The notes beneath the pieces were generated by a model. That model was not told the origin of the DNA and made no database searches. It saw only the letters and a program-made list of their open reading frames with translations. Both the position numbers and the translations under genes were made by a program. This document shows, in pieces, positions 1 to 10,010 of a DNA stretch of 64,000 nt; position 1 is the first letter of the stretch, and every line of letters starts with the position of its first letter. This DNA is from Octopus bimaculoides (Eukaryota), in NCBI RefSeq assembly GCF_001194135.2, contig NC_068995.1, positions 54,522,807 through 54,586,806 of the forward strand. The letters run 5' to 3'.

Positions 1-2
1 AG

Positions 3-41
<39 letters not shown>

Positions 42-58
42 AATATATATATATATGT
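3..58. repeat. compound (CA)n-(TA)n microsatellite
   Basis: Directly visible dinucleotide runs. Confidence 0.95.
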
Positions 59-79
59 ATATGTAATTATATATGTGTG

Positions 80-262
80 GAGGGAGCGGGGGTTCGTCCA
101 TCGCACCGTTTCGAAATGTTGTTCATTTGCGTACGTGCACTTAAGTTAGCAGTTCGGCAAAAGTGTACGATAGAATAAACGCCAGGCTTTAAAAAATACT
201 GGAGTAGATTCATTCGACTAAGATGTCTTCAATGACTGAAGCTAGGAAATGATAAAAGATAA
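80..262 (+). mobile_element. decayed tRNA-derived SINE (octopus type with aatgactgaa...gataaaagata tail)
   Basis: gcagttcggcaaaagtgtacgatagaataaacgccaggctttaaaaaatactggagtagattcattcgactaa resembles the central block (gataaaataagtacc...ggtcgat..tcgact) of other SINE copies in the window; family assignment from recollection of octopus SINEs. Confidence 0.6.
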
Positions 263-3049
263 CCTATACATGTGAACTAGACTATACTACTGGGTTTATC
301 AATAAAATTGAACAACGAATAATGAAGTGTATCCTCTAAATACTTTAATGTTATGCTGACATATGTACAGCATTCATGGGATTCTTTATTTGGGGGTCCT
401 CCATGCAGCATATCGTGTACGCAGAGCTATGTACACAAACATTGACACTATGATGTTATACCTACAGCATAAAACTTGAAGTTACTCCCAAAACATCCAT
501 CTACATTCAGACTCTCACTCATTTACTTATTCATGTGTTTTTGTGCGTGATTGGCGCGTTGTACATACCTAAGAATACACTTGTATTTGCACATGCGTAT
601 GTGTTACACACTCTACATATAACTTTGTGTGTATGTGGACATGAGCGTTATGATATGTAGCAAACTTCATACACACCGGAACATTAATGTATATTATTAA
701 GAAAGTCCCTATGAAAAGTAATATAGCATATCCAGTTCTTTGTTTCATAAAATTTAATGCAAATTTGCGACTCAGTAATATCAGTGGTTGTCCTTAAGTT
801 TAAATTTCAGTAGAAATCGTCGTTTCGCAAATATGATATGTGCATGCATAATGAGTAATATCAGGAGAGGAATTTTGAAATATCTTCTGCAACTGCGTGG
901 GCGTGCTGGCAACAGAAAAATCGCAGAATTCAAGTTTAGGTAATATGTACTCATAGTAAGAATTAGAACTACACCCCCATATAAATACACCGAATTGTCA
1001 GTTCTGAAATCCTTTAAATTTTAAGCATATTCTGTGAATGTGGATATTGTGTTAAAAAAAAAAGAATATTAACGACTGAAAAATAACACACCAACAATTA
1101 TAATATACAAATTTTACTGAATCTGCGCAATGTAACAGCCTAATTTCCATTACATCACACACTGACATCTTAATAAAAGTGAGAGGACAGTGGATTGTAG
1201 AGATTTAGATAATGTATGCTGGGTAGAAGCAAAGTCTGCTGCAATACTTCCATTCATAAGGAGACATGATCAGTGAATATATGTGGCTAACCACCAATAT
1301 AAAAACAAATCTAGCATGTTAATTTTACATATATCTACACATTCTACTTTATATCAAATGTTATCAATATAGGTACTATATATAGACAACGTACTATAAA
1401 CTCAAATGAATATAAACGAAGCGATTATTTTGTGTGTTACAATAATGCGGAAGTAATTACATTATAATCACAAACTTATTAGATTCTCTGAAGAGCGGGG
1501 AGTAGAAAAACACATTTAGATGGCTGTGTAATTACGATTTATATATTTTTATAGTGGTCATATAAATAGTGTAAAAGAAAAAAAAATAGAAAGAATTCAG
1601 GAGAGATGAATGATGTGGAAGTAGAGGAACAAGATTTTAAAACAAATCGAACACTAAAGAAGAACAAAAAAATAATAATAAACAGAGACAAAATTTTTAT
1701 AAAAATGTTAGAGAGCGATCAACACGAACAACAAGAAGAACTAATGCGAGAATTAAAAACATACATCAAAAAAGCTAATTCAAACTACGAGTTAAATGTA
1801 CAGAAGTTGTGAAAAAAAAAAACATTAACATTCTCACTGTCTTGTTTTTCCTTGTGAAAAAATTGACATTAATTTTATGTAATCTCAGCTTTGATGTTTA
1901 CTTCAATTGTTTAGTGTGTAAATTAGAATTTGATGCAGCTGCAGCACCGGCTGCTGCTACTACTGCTACTCCTATTACTGCTGCAGATATCAAGTGTAGT
2001 GCTCTTTCTGACGTTACTAAATTATGGACAATGCCTGAACAAAAATGAAAAGGGAATATAGTTTTCTTACACGCACACAGACACACATGCATATGCGCAC
2101 TTTCGCACATACACACACAAGAACACTTATACACAACTATGCATTTATGTGTGAGTGTGTGTGTATTTATATATACATATATAGATACATACATGTGTAT
2201 ATGTATCTGCGTAGACATGAGGCAAGGTGTGCATGCGCTCGTGTCTACGTGTATATAAAACACAGCCTGCAAGAAAATATTTTTGTATTGGGAAAAGAAT
2301 TAAGTTAATCTGCTTCGGGAAAGGGAATACATTATCGACACTTGGAGGGTTTAATTAGGGTTTTAAAAAATCATGCAAGTTGCCATTGCGTAAGGTCTGC
2401 TATTTCATCTTCTTTTTGAGAATTCCAAATACTTTTCGTTCAAATGCAGAATATCCTTCAAACAGCAAAAGCCTTTACATAATGATATGAATTCAGGTGT
2501 ATCTAAGCTATAAAGCGTTATGCAAATTCAAATTGATTCCCTGAGGAAATGTGAATATAAAACTGCTGAAAATTCTTGCAGGTTTTCTTACCGTGCCTCT
2601 ATACGCACATGGCGTTTATATTGTTGTAACTTGGCTTAAATCATTAATTCCAGAATAAGCGATATAGATTTTTAAAAATATCTATATATGTTTACACATA
2701 CACACATACATACATACATACATTACATACATACATGCATACATACATAAACACATATGTAGTCGTATAGTATATTCTTGATTAGTTACATAAGTGTTCA
2801 GAAAGTTGCCATTGGTACCAAACCTGCAATCGCATATGGCTGGTCGGAATCAGGTAACCTCGTTCGCAATGTGGGTAAAATAGAGTTCCTGTCTGTTCAG
2901 TGGTGTGAAAAGCCTGAAACCGGGAGAAGAGACTTACACCTTCTTGGACGTTTCCAACTGTACGAATTGTGTCAATTTGTGTAGGGTTTTTTTCCCCTTC
3001 TTTCACTAGACAATAAACAGGGAAGGCAACATGTTGAAACTGAATTATC

Positions 3050-3476
3050 TCTCATGAGTGCATTAGCTAATAAAGTTTTCTCCTGCACTGATTGGTGGAG
3101 AGTTTTAGCTGCAAATTGGTGAACCTTGTTGTGTTGAAATACGAAATGTTATATAAATATCTATTTCTCCTGAGTTGAATTCAATGACGATGGTCCCAGC
3201 TGATACGATCAATGGAACAGATTGCTCGTGAAATAAATGTGCAAGTGGCTGACCACTCCAAAGATACGTGTACTCTTAATATAGTTCGGAGAGAGGTTCA
3301 GCGTGACACAGAGTTTGACAAGACTGGCCTTTTGAAATACAGATACTACTCATTTTTTCCAGCTGTGTGGACTGGAGCAATGTGAAATAAAGTGTCTTGC
3401 TCAAGGACACAGTGCGCCGCTGGGAATAGAACCCACGGCGTTTCGATCGCGAGCTGACCACTAAGTCACGCGCCTC
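3050..3476 (-). mobile_element. near full-length tRNA-derived SINE (Nin/Deu-domain-like body)
   Basis: Minus-strand head gaggcgcgtgacttagtggtcag...gggttctattcc (A-box/B-box-like) followed by gtgtccttgagcaagacactt; body gtgcaagtggctgaccactcc...cagcgtgacacagagtttgacaagactggc resembles the Nin-domain SINEs of molluscs (recalled, not searched). Same head recurs at 50281-50360. Confidence 0.75.
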
Positions 3477-3639
3477 CCGATTTCAAATTCTAAATGGACG
3501 CCAGAAAATACGCTGCCTAAAATTTATTGTGTTTTTCATTTCTGCTGTTTTATGTTTTGCTGACTTTAGAGACATCATGCAATTGGTCGAACAAAATCGC
3601 GTTATATTTTTGCTATGCTTGATTTCCTTGATCTCGTTG

Positions 3640-3790
3640 TTAACATTGACGACGGTGATGCTGGTAACATCGTCGACAATGTTGACGATGGTCGTGTTGG
3701 TAATAATGACGTTGTTGATGACGGCGATGACGACGTCGACAACGACTTTCATGTTCATGATGAACACGTCACTAATAATGATGATGATAC
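3640..3790. repeat. decayed (GAT/GAC/AAT)n trinucleotide low-complexity tract
   Basis: Open in several frames on both strands with Asp/Val/Thr-rich translations, typical of a degenerate triplet repeat. Confidence 0.6.
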
Positions 3791-5070
3791 AGTGATTTGT
3801 TTTCTGCTACAGAATTACCATCTGCTGTTTAATTATTTTAAATCCACTTACCAATCAATTAAGTTTTTTCTTAACTTCTTAAAGCTGTGATTTTATCGCT
3901 TTTTCTCATTCACTTCATGTATTTTCAATTCTCTCACTAAAACTTGCACATGTGCATACAGCTATGTTTGCCTGCTTATATATACATACATATGTGTGTA
4001 TGTCTTTTTTTTTAGTTGGGGGGGGGGCTGTTCGTGTACTTATTTGTTTTCTGTGCGCGAGTTATTGTATTTCTATACATGTATTTACGTATTTTATCGG
4101 ATAATTCCGTTCGAATATACATTTTTTATATTTAGCTATACATTGTGTATGTCAGTGTTTGCGTATATATATTTTTTTATGTTTTCTGGAAACTTCGAGC
4201 GTTATTAAAATTACCATTGTTATTGAAGCTATGAAAGCAGAGAAGTGACAGAATCTTTAGTGCCTGACGAAAATGGCATATGGTATATCTTCCAGCACTT
4301 AAATGTATTCATTTGAATCCATTCTCTGTTCAAATGCTATCAAATCCTAATTCGTTTTCATTTTTTTCGGTCGCTGATATGGAATAAAACCTTCGTAAAA
4401 AAAAAAAGAATTAAAAAATGTTTTTCTTTTTTCTATATCACAAATCATTGTTTTCATCACCACTGTTATCGCCACCTTTTACAAGTCACCAAAAACATTA
4501 ATCACTACCTTCATTAACATATAAAACAGCCTCGATTTTTATCATCAATACAAATATTAACAACTTTACATGAAACAGCTTCATGACTATTATCACTGAC
4601 GTCATTAGCGACACATAATTATCTGATGTCAATCATAATCATTATTATCCTGTTCTTCATAATAATACAAAAACGGTCGTCATCATTTTGTCACAATCGT
4701 CATCACTATTACTGTCTACGCCTTCACTATTTTCTCTACTTGAAGGTCGATGTCTTCTTTAGTGAAGTATCTTGATGTCACCTTTATTTTTATCAATATA
4801 TTTTATACTTCCTGCTAATTAGTTGATTGTGACTACAATCATTTCCTACTAATTATGTTAGCTCGAATTACTTCCAAGTAGATTTCCGAGGAATTTCACA
4901 GAGACACAAGCATTGCAGCAGTGAAGAAGCCCAGACAGTTATTTCAGCTATAGTTGGTATTCGTAAGGCATAAGTTTATCGTAAATGATCTATTTTCAAC
5001 AGACATAGACTAACAGTATTTCAAGGTCCATACAGAACCCACTTACTATTTACGTTCCATATGTTCGTTG

Positions 5071-5133
<63 letters not shown>

Positions 5134-5164
5134 ATATCTATCTATCTATCTATCTATCTATCTA
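5071..5164. repeat. (ATCT)n tetranucleotide microsatellite
   Basis: Directly visible, about 23 units with one variant unit. Confidence 0.95.
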
Positions 5165-7545
5165 CATATAAAAAGAAACACACACACATGTTTGATGTGT
5201 GGTTATATGATCCTCATTCATCATACGAAAAGTATTTGCTACGCATATTCATATCAAGACGTGTTTGTATTCAATCTTCTTTAGTTGAAGACTTCCTGAC
5301 ATTTTCCCTGCTAGTCGGTTTCCTTTCCCTTACTCTAGACGTCGATAAGCATGCGAGCTCTTGAGGATAATAGATTAAATAGTGAAAGATTGAAAAGTTA
5401 TTTTCCAAAGTGGAAACAGTAGGTGTACAGATGCATAAGAATTCCATAGAAAGAGGATACAAGGAGCAGAGTTGCAGCAAAATGTATTAAGACATGACAA
5501 ACATTAAAATTCCCCACGTAAGAACAAATGTATCAGTTGGATTGAACATGAAAACATGTTACATAATTGGATAAAGTGGCGTCGCAATCTAAATTCAATC
5601 AAATGAACGACCTTTGTATGCTCTTTTTCGTACATAATCGTTAAAACTATTTAGTCCATTTGAGAAATATGCATCAAATTTTCATGTGTGACAAAATTGA
5701 TGGGTAACAAACTGTCATGTTTTAACTATTTGCTTAATATTCTCTTCTTTCACATTCAATTAACAGATAGAACTTATTTCCTGCATTTTATTTCTCCCTT
5801 AACACATGCAACGGATTTCCTTCAGATCCCAAAAGAAAGAAAATACAATGTTTTAGTCCTTACCACCAAACCAGGATCTGCTTTGATTTCTACTGTGCCC
5901 TAATAAACTTTCAGCCTAGCTTTTCAAAGTGGATTTCTGGCAAATTTGAATAATTTATTTTGCATACTGATCCAGAACAGATCAATATATTTTACAACAG
6001 ATACAGTCTGAGCACATATTGCGTTTGTGCAATATTTCAAGGATTACTGCGAGCCAATAATTTAACATCATTACTAAATATCTTTTTCATAACAACCGTT
6101 AAATCGCCATAATAACCACACTATTAGATTTATTTGTGTATTGCACAGACCGGGAGCATTACACTGTTTAGAATATTAACTTCCCGACACGCATAAGATA
6201 AGACAACCTTCAAAACAATCAAAAGTGAAAACGAAACCACTAAAAAAAAAAACAACACATAACACGTCATTTAGTACAAAAATTTAAACTAAACAATAGC
6301 AAAATTTATGATACTTGTGCTCTGAACACATGAAGAATATTGCAGAATCCAATCACACGAAATTAAAGAATGTCAAAACAAGAAAAAAAAATACAGCAAG
6401 TATAGAAATAAATTATAAAGACATTAGATTGCACTTTGTGACATTTCAGAGTAAGAAAACACTTTCAAGTAAATTACAAACTCAACACTCCAAGCATTTT
6501 AGAGCAAACAAATTAATAAACTCATCAGAATAGAGGAACCATAGTTGATATTGAGGACACAATAACAGAAGTCATAGAAAATACGCAAAGAGAACACATC
6601 GTTGATGAACATATATCTGCCTACAACCTGCTTACTAAAAAAATAAGAAATTCAGAGAAAAAATGGATGAATATAACGCAGACCTGTACGCAAGCGTGCT
6701 CCTAGCAGTATATTATTCGTGTACCTTAAGTTCAGGTGCAGAGGCAATACTGAAAGAAAAGTGCGTCCAATCCTAAAGGGTCACAATCATGTCAGATTCA
6801 CCCCGAGTAAATCTACTTGAAAAAATAAAATGAAATTGAAAGAATTACATGCACGTACCTGGAAGAATGGAAATAGTCGGATCCAATATGAAAAAGAAGA
6901 AAAATACTAATTAACAAACAAATATACACAAATAATATAAATATACGTGAGTATAAATGAAAAACTTAAATCGTATCAGTTATAGAAGAATTTCAATAAC
7001 GTCAAAACATCTTTCAGAAGTTATATTTTAAATTAGTAAAAGTATTTTACGGGAATATTAAAAGGCCGCTGGAAGGCAGGCAAAGAAATGCGAATTCAAG
7101 CACGCTAAAGGGATACGCAAACATAGAACATGATGAAAGAAAATATCAAAAAGCAAGAGGAAATGTACCAATGCAAACACGGCTCATCACAGCTGCGAAG
7201 TAACCTACCAACACATTATTATCTTTATATAAAGGGAAAGCCCTGAAAATATTCTCGTTTTCTGACTGAAGCACATTTACATGATTATGTGACGCAAGTA
7301 TGTAACGAAATTGCTGGATCAAAACAGCGAAAGCTTTAATTACTGTTGGAGGCGATTTACTATTTTAGGTAAGATTACATTCTGAATCAGATTTCACATA
7401 TGTGCACTCTTCTTTCATTCTTGCGGAATTGATAGAATATACTGAACTAGATAACGAATGGAGTTGTCTAAATTGAAAACAACCGGAATTCTTTTTTTTA
7501 TTATTGCTTTATTATTCTTGCTATTATTGTAATGATCGTCACTAC

Positions 7546-7738
7546 TATAGGCACAACGCCCGAAATTTTGAGGAGCAGGATTAGTAGATTACATCGTCCT
7601 CAGTTCCAATGTTCAACTGGTTCATATTTAATCTAACCGAAATGATGGAAGGCAAAGTCGTCGTCGGTGGAATTTGAATTCAAACGTGAAGACGGATGAA
7701 CTTACGTTAAGCATTTTGCCCGGCGTGCTAACGATTCT
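7546..7738 (-). mobile_element. tRNA-derived SINE copy 1 of tandem cluster
   Basis: Reverse complement reads agaatcgttagcacgccgggcaaaatgcttaacg...tttgaattcaaattccaccgacgacgactttgccttccatc..., aligning by eye to the copies at 7740-7903, 7910-8069, 8070-8282, 32298-32436 and 47290-47465. Confidence 0.85.
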
Positions 7739-7739
7739 T

Positions 7740-7903
7740 GTCTACACTAGGCACAAGGTCCGACATTTTGGGGAAGGGTACCAGTCAATTAGATCGACCC
7801 CAATACGAAAGGATATAAGGCGAAGTCAATCACCGCGGAATTTGAACGCAGAACGTTAAGACAGACGTAATACGGCTAAGCATTTCGTCCGACGTGCTAA
7901 CGT
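7740..7903 (-). mobile_element. tRNA-derived SINE copy 2 (internally deleted)
   Basis: Same head (cgttagcacgtcggacgaaatgcttagccg) and tail (gcacaaggtccgacattttgggg on +); about 30 nt of the middle is missing relative to copy 1. Confidence 0.8.
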
Positions 7904-7909
7904 TTTTTT

Positions 7910-8069
7910 ATTTCTTTACTGCCCACAAGGAGCCACACACAAAGAGGAGAAACAAGGACAGACAAACGGATTAAGTCGATTATATCGACCGTAATGCGTA
8001 ACTGGTACTTATTTAATCGACCCCGAAAGGATGAAAGGCAAAGTCGGCCTCGGCGTAATTTGAACTCAG
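7910..8069 (-). mobile_element. tRNA-derived SINE copy 3 (5'-truncated)
   Basis: Reverse complement ctgagttcaaattacgccgaggccgactttgcctttcatcctttcggggtcgattaaataagtaccagttacgc; different 3' tail from copies 1-2. Confidence 0.85.
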
Positions 8070-8282
8070 GTACCGAGCTGGCAGAACAGTTAGCACGCCT
8101 ACTGAAATGCCCAGAATGCTTCGTCCGTCACTACGCTTGAGTTCCGATTCTACCTTGGACGACACTGACTTTCATCATTTCGTGGTTGATAAAATAAGTA
8201 CTAATTGAGTATTGGTGTCAATGTAATCGACTTACCTACCTACCCGAAGTTACTGGCCTTGTACCAAAATTTGAAACCAATA
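8070..8282 (+). mobile_element. tRNA-derived SINE copy 4, inverted relative to copies 1-3
   Basis: gagctggcagaacagttagcacgcc...gagttccgattc...ctttcatcatttcgtggttgataaaataagtac...gtcaatgtaatcgactta...ggccttgtaccaaaatttgaaacc; begins immediately after copy 3. Confidence 0.85.
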
Positions 8283-9689
8283 TTAATATTGTGTTGGTGC
8301 ATAATTATTAAGGCTTTTTTTTTCAACAAATTTGACAAAAACAATAACATTATTTAAAAAAAAACAACTTTAAATGATGGTTTGACCGTCTGCCAAGTAA
8401 ATGGGAAGTAGTAACTGAAGTAGACGGTAAATATGCTCCGGAATAAGCATTAAAATATGTTTTTGTTACATATTATTATTGTCTTTGTCGAATAAAATTT
8501 GTTGGGAAAAAGCCGCAATAGTTATACACCAACCCAATACTATCAACGTAAGGTTTGCACATATGGCTATATACTATACTAAATTCACGTGTTGTCGTTC
8601 ACAGCCCGAAAATGCTGATCGTCGTGAATTCGAGTTCAATTCAATATGTTCTAATCGGGGTAATTGAGTAGAGGTGACTGACTACAGTACTTCTCTGTAA
8701 AAGCTCACAGATTTGAATGCTGTGTAAAGAATCAATAGAATTTAAAACATTATCATTGTCATACCTGATAATAAGTGGCATAAACTTTTTTTTCCATACC
8801 TTCAGAATCCTTACTTTTCACTCATTCATTAAGCATCTTAGGTTTATTGGCACTATCATTAAAATCCCTTAAACTGAATTTTCAAAATTTTCAATGAGCT
8901 ATTGTTAAGTTGCAGCTGTTAAAAATATGAATGCTGCTCCGCCTCCCGGAATCTCCTTGAAATTCTTAGATACGTTAAGTGTATAAAGTAAAAAAAGAAG
9001 AAAAAAAGAAAAAATAGCAAGAGATTGAATATTCAGAATGTTCAGGAGTTGTATACGAAAGAAATGATTTTCATTATTATTTGCTATCATATTTTCATCA
9101 TCGTCATNNNNNNNNNNNNNNNNNNNNNNNNNNNNNNNNNNNNNNNNNNNNNNNNNNNNNNNNNNNNNNNNNNNNNNNNNNNNNNNNNNNNNNNNNNNNN
9201 NNNNNNNNNNNNNNNNNNNNNNNNNNNNNNNNNNNNNNNNNNNNNNNNNNNNNNNNNNNNNNNNNNNNNNNNNNNNNNNNNNNNNNNNNNNNNNNNNNNN
9301 NNNNNNNNNNNNNNNNNNNNNNNNNNNNNNNNNNNNNNNNNNNNNNNNNNNNNNNNNNNNNNNNNNNNNNNNNNNNNNNNNNNNNNNNNNNNNNNNNNNN
9401 NNNNNNNNNNNNNNNNNNNNNNNNNNNNNNNNNNNNNNNNNNNNNNNNNNNNNNNNNNNNNNNNNNNNNNNNNNNNNNNNNNNNNNNNNNNNNNNNNNNN
9501 NNNNNNNNNNNNNNNNNNNNNNNNNNNNNNNNNNNNNNNNNNNNNNNNNNNNNNNNNNNNNNNNNNNNNNNNNNNNNNNNNNNNNNNNNNNNNNNNNNNN
9601 NNNNNNNNNNNNNNNNNNNNNNNNNNNNNNNNNNNNNNNNNNNNNNNNNNNNNNNNNNNNNNNNNNNNNNNNNNNNNNNNNCATATATA

Positions 9690-10010
9690 TATATATATAT
9701 ATGAGAACAAATAAATCTCTGAACGAGGTATAAACAGTGGCAGCACGACAACATGAAGTATATCTGCCACCTAAATGCGGCTAACACCTAAGGGTGAATA
9801 CTACTGTAGCTTGTAGCCCCAGGAGGTCATCTCCTCCAGCTGCCTATTGACACACTTTCTGTGCCCTGTCGGTATTTGCAAAGGGATGTCATCCTCCCCA
9901 TCGTCGATGTGACGTGATACGCACGGACACGGGTTTCTGAGTATTTACCCTTCGTCAGGGTACGACAATCACCGAACTTCCATGCGAAAGGCTCCCAATG
10001 CAAATACATA
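9690..10010 (-). mobile_element. non-coding structured interspersed element, Penelope pLTR / retrozyme-like
   Basis: Locally GC-richer ~320-nt block with several hairpins (ggagg-agatga-cctcc; tggcag...ctgcca) and a hammerhead-like core; minimal hammerheads are an established feature of Penelope-like element terminal repeats. Confidence 0.55.
9920..9966 (-). ncRNA. degenerate minimal type I hammerhead ribozyme motif
   Basis: Minus strand: GUCGUACC-CUGACGA-A-GGGU-AAAU-ACUC-A-GAAA-C-CCGU-GUC-CGUGCG. Core CUGANGA, GAAA and GUC triplet intact; stem II GGGU/ACUC; stem III AC/GU; stem I CGUAC/GUGCG (5 bp incl. one G-U) with a C-C mismatch at the first pair. Confidence 0.65.

Noticed and set aside
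1606-1812. 68-aa Lys/Glu-rich ORF (..ELKTYIKKANSNYELNVQKL)
   Set aside because: Faintly resembles the linker upstream of LINE RT domains but has no diagnostic motif; A-rich composition explains the open frame. Similar A-rich stretches at 6280-6900 and 24250-24620 were also left uncalled.
1933-2061. Signal-peptide-like MQLQHRLLLLLLLLLLLQISS... on +, and poly-Ala with a good acceptor on -
   Set aside because: Product of a decayed (CTG/CTA)n tract; stops after 42 codons with no good donor.
3395-3476. tRNA gene (also 50281-50360 and 54290-54345)
   Set aside because: A/B-box-like heads continue into SINE bodies and do not form a complete cloverleaf.
3615-3890. Asp-rich ORF suggestive of an acidic biomineralisation protein
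   Set aside because: Open in multiple frames on both strands; better explained as a degenerate GAT/GAC repeat; no splice or start context.
8915-8975. Minus-strand FQGDSGRRSS resembling the trypsin-family GDSGGP motif
   Set aside because: Lacks GGP and the preceding Cys, stops soon after, and no His/Asp catalytic exons were found.
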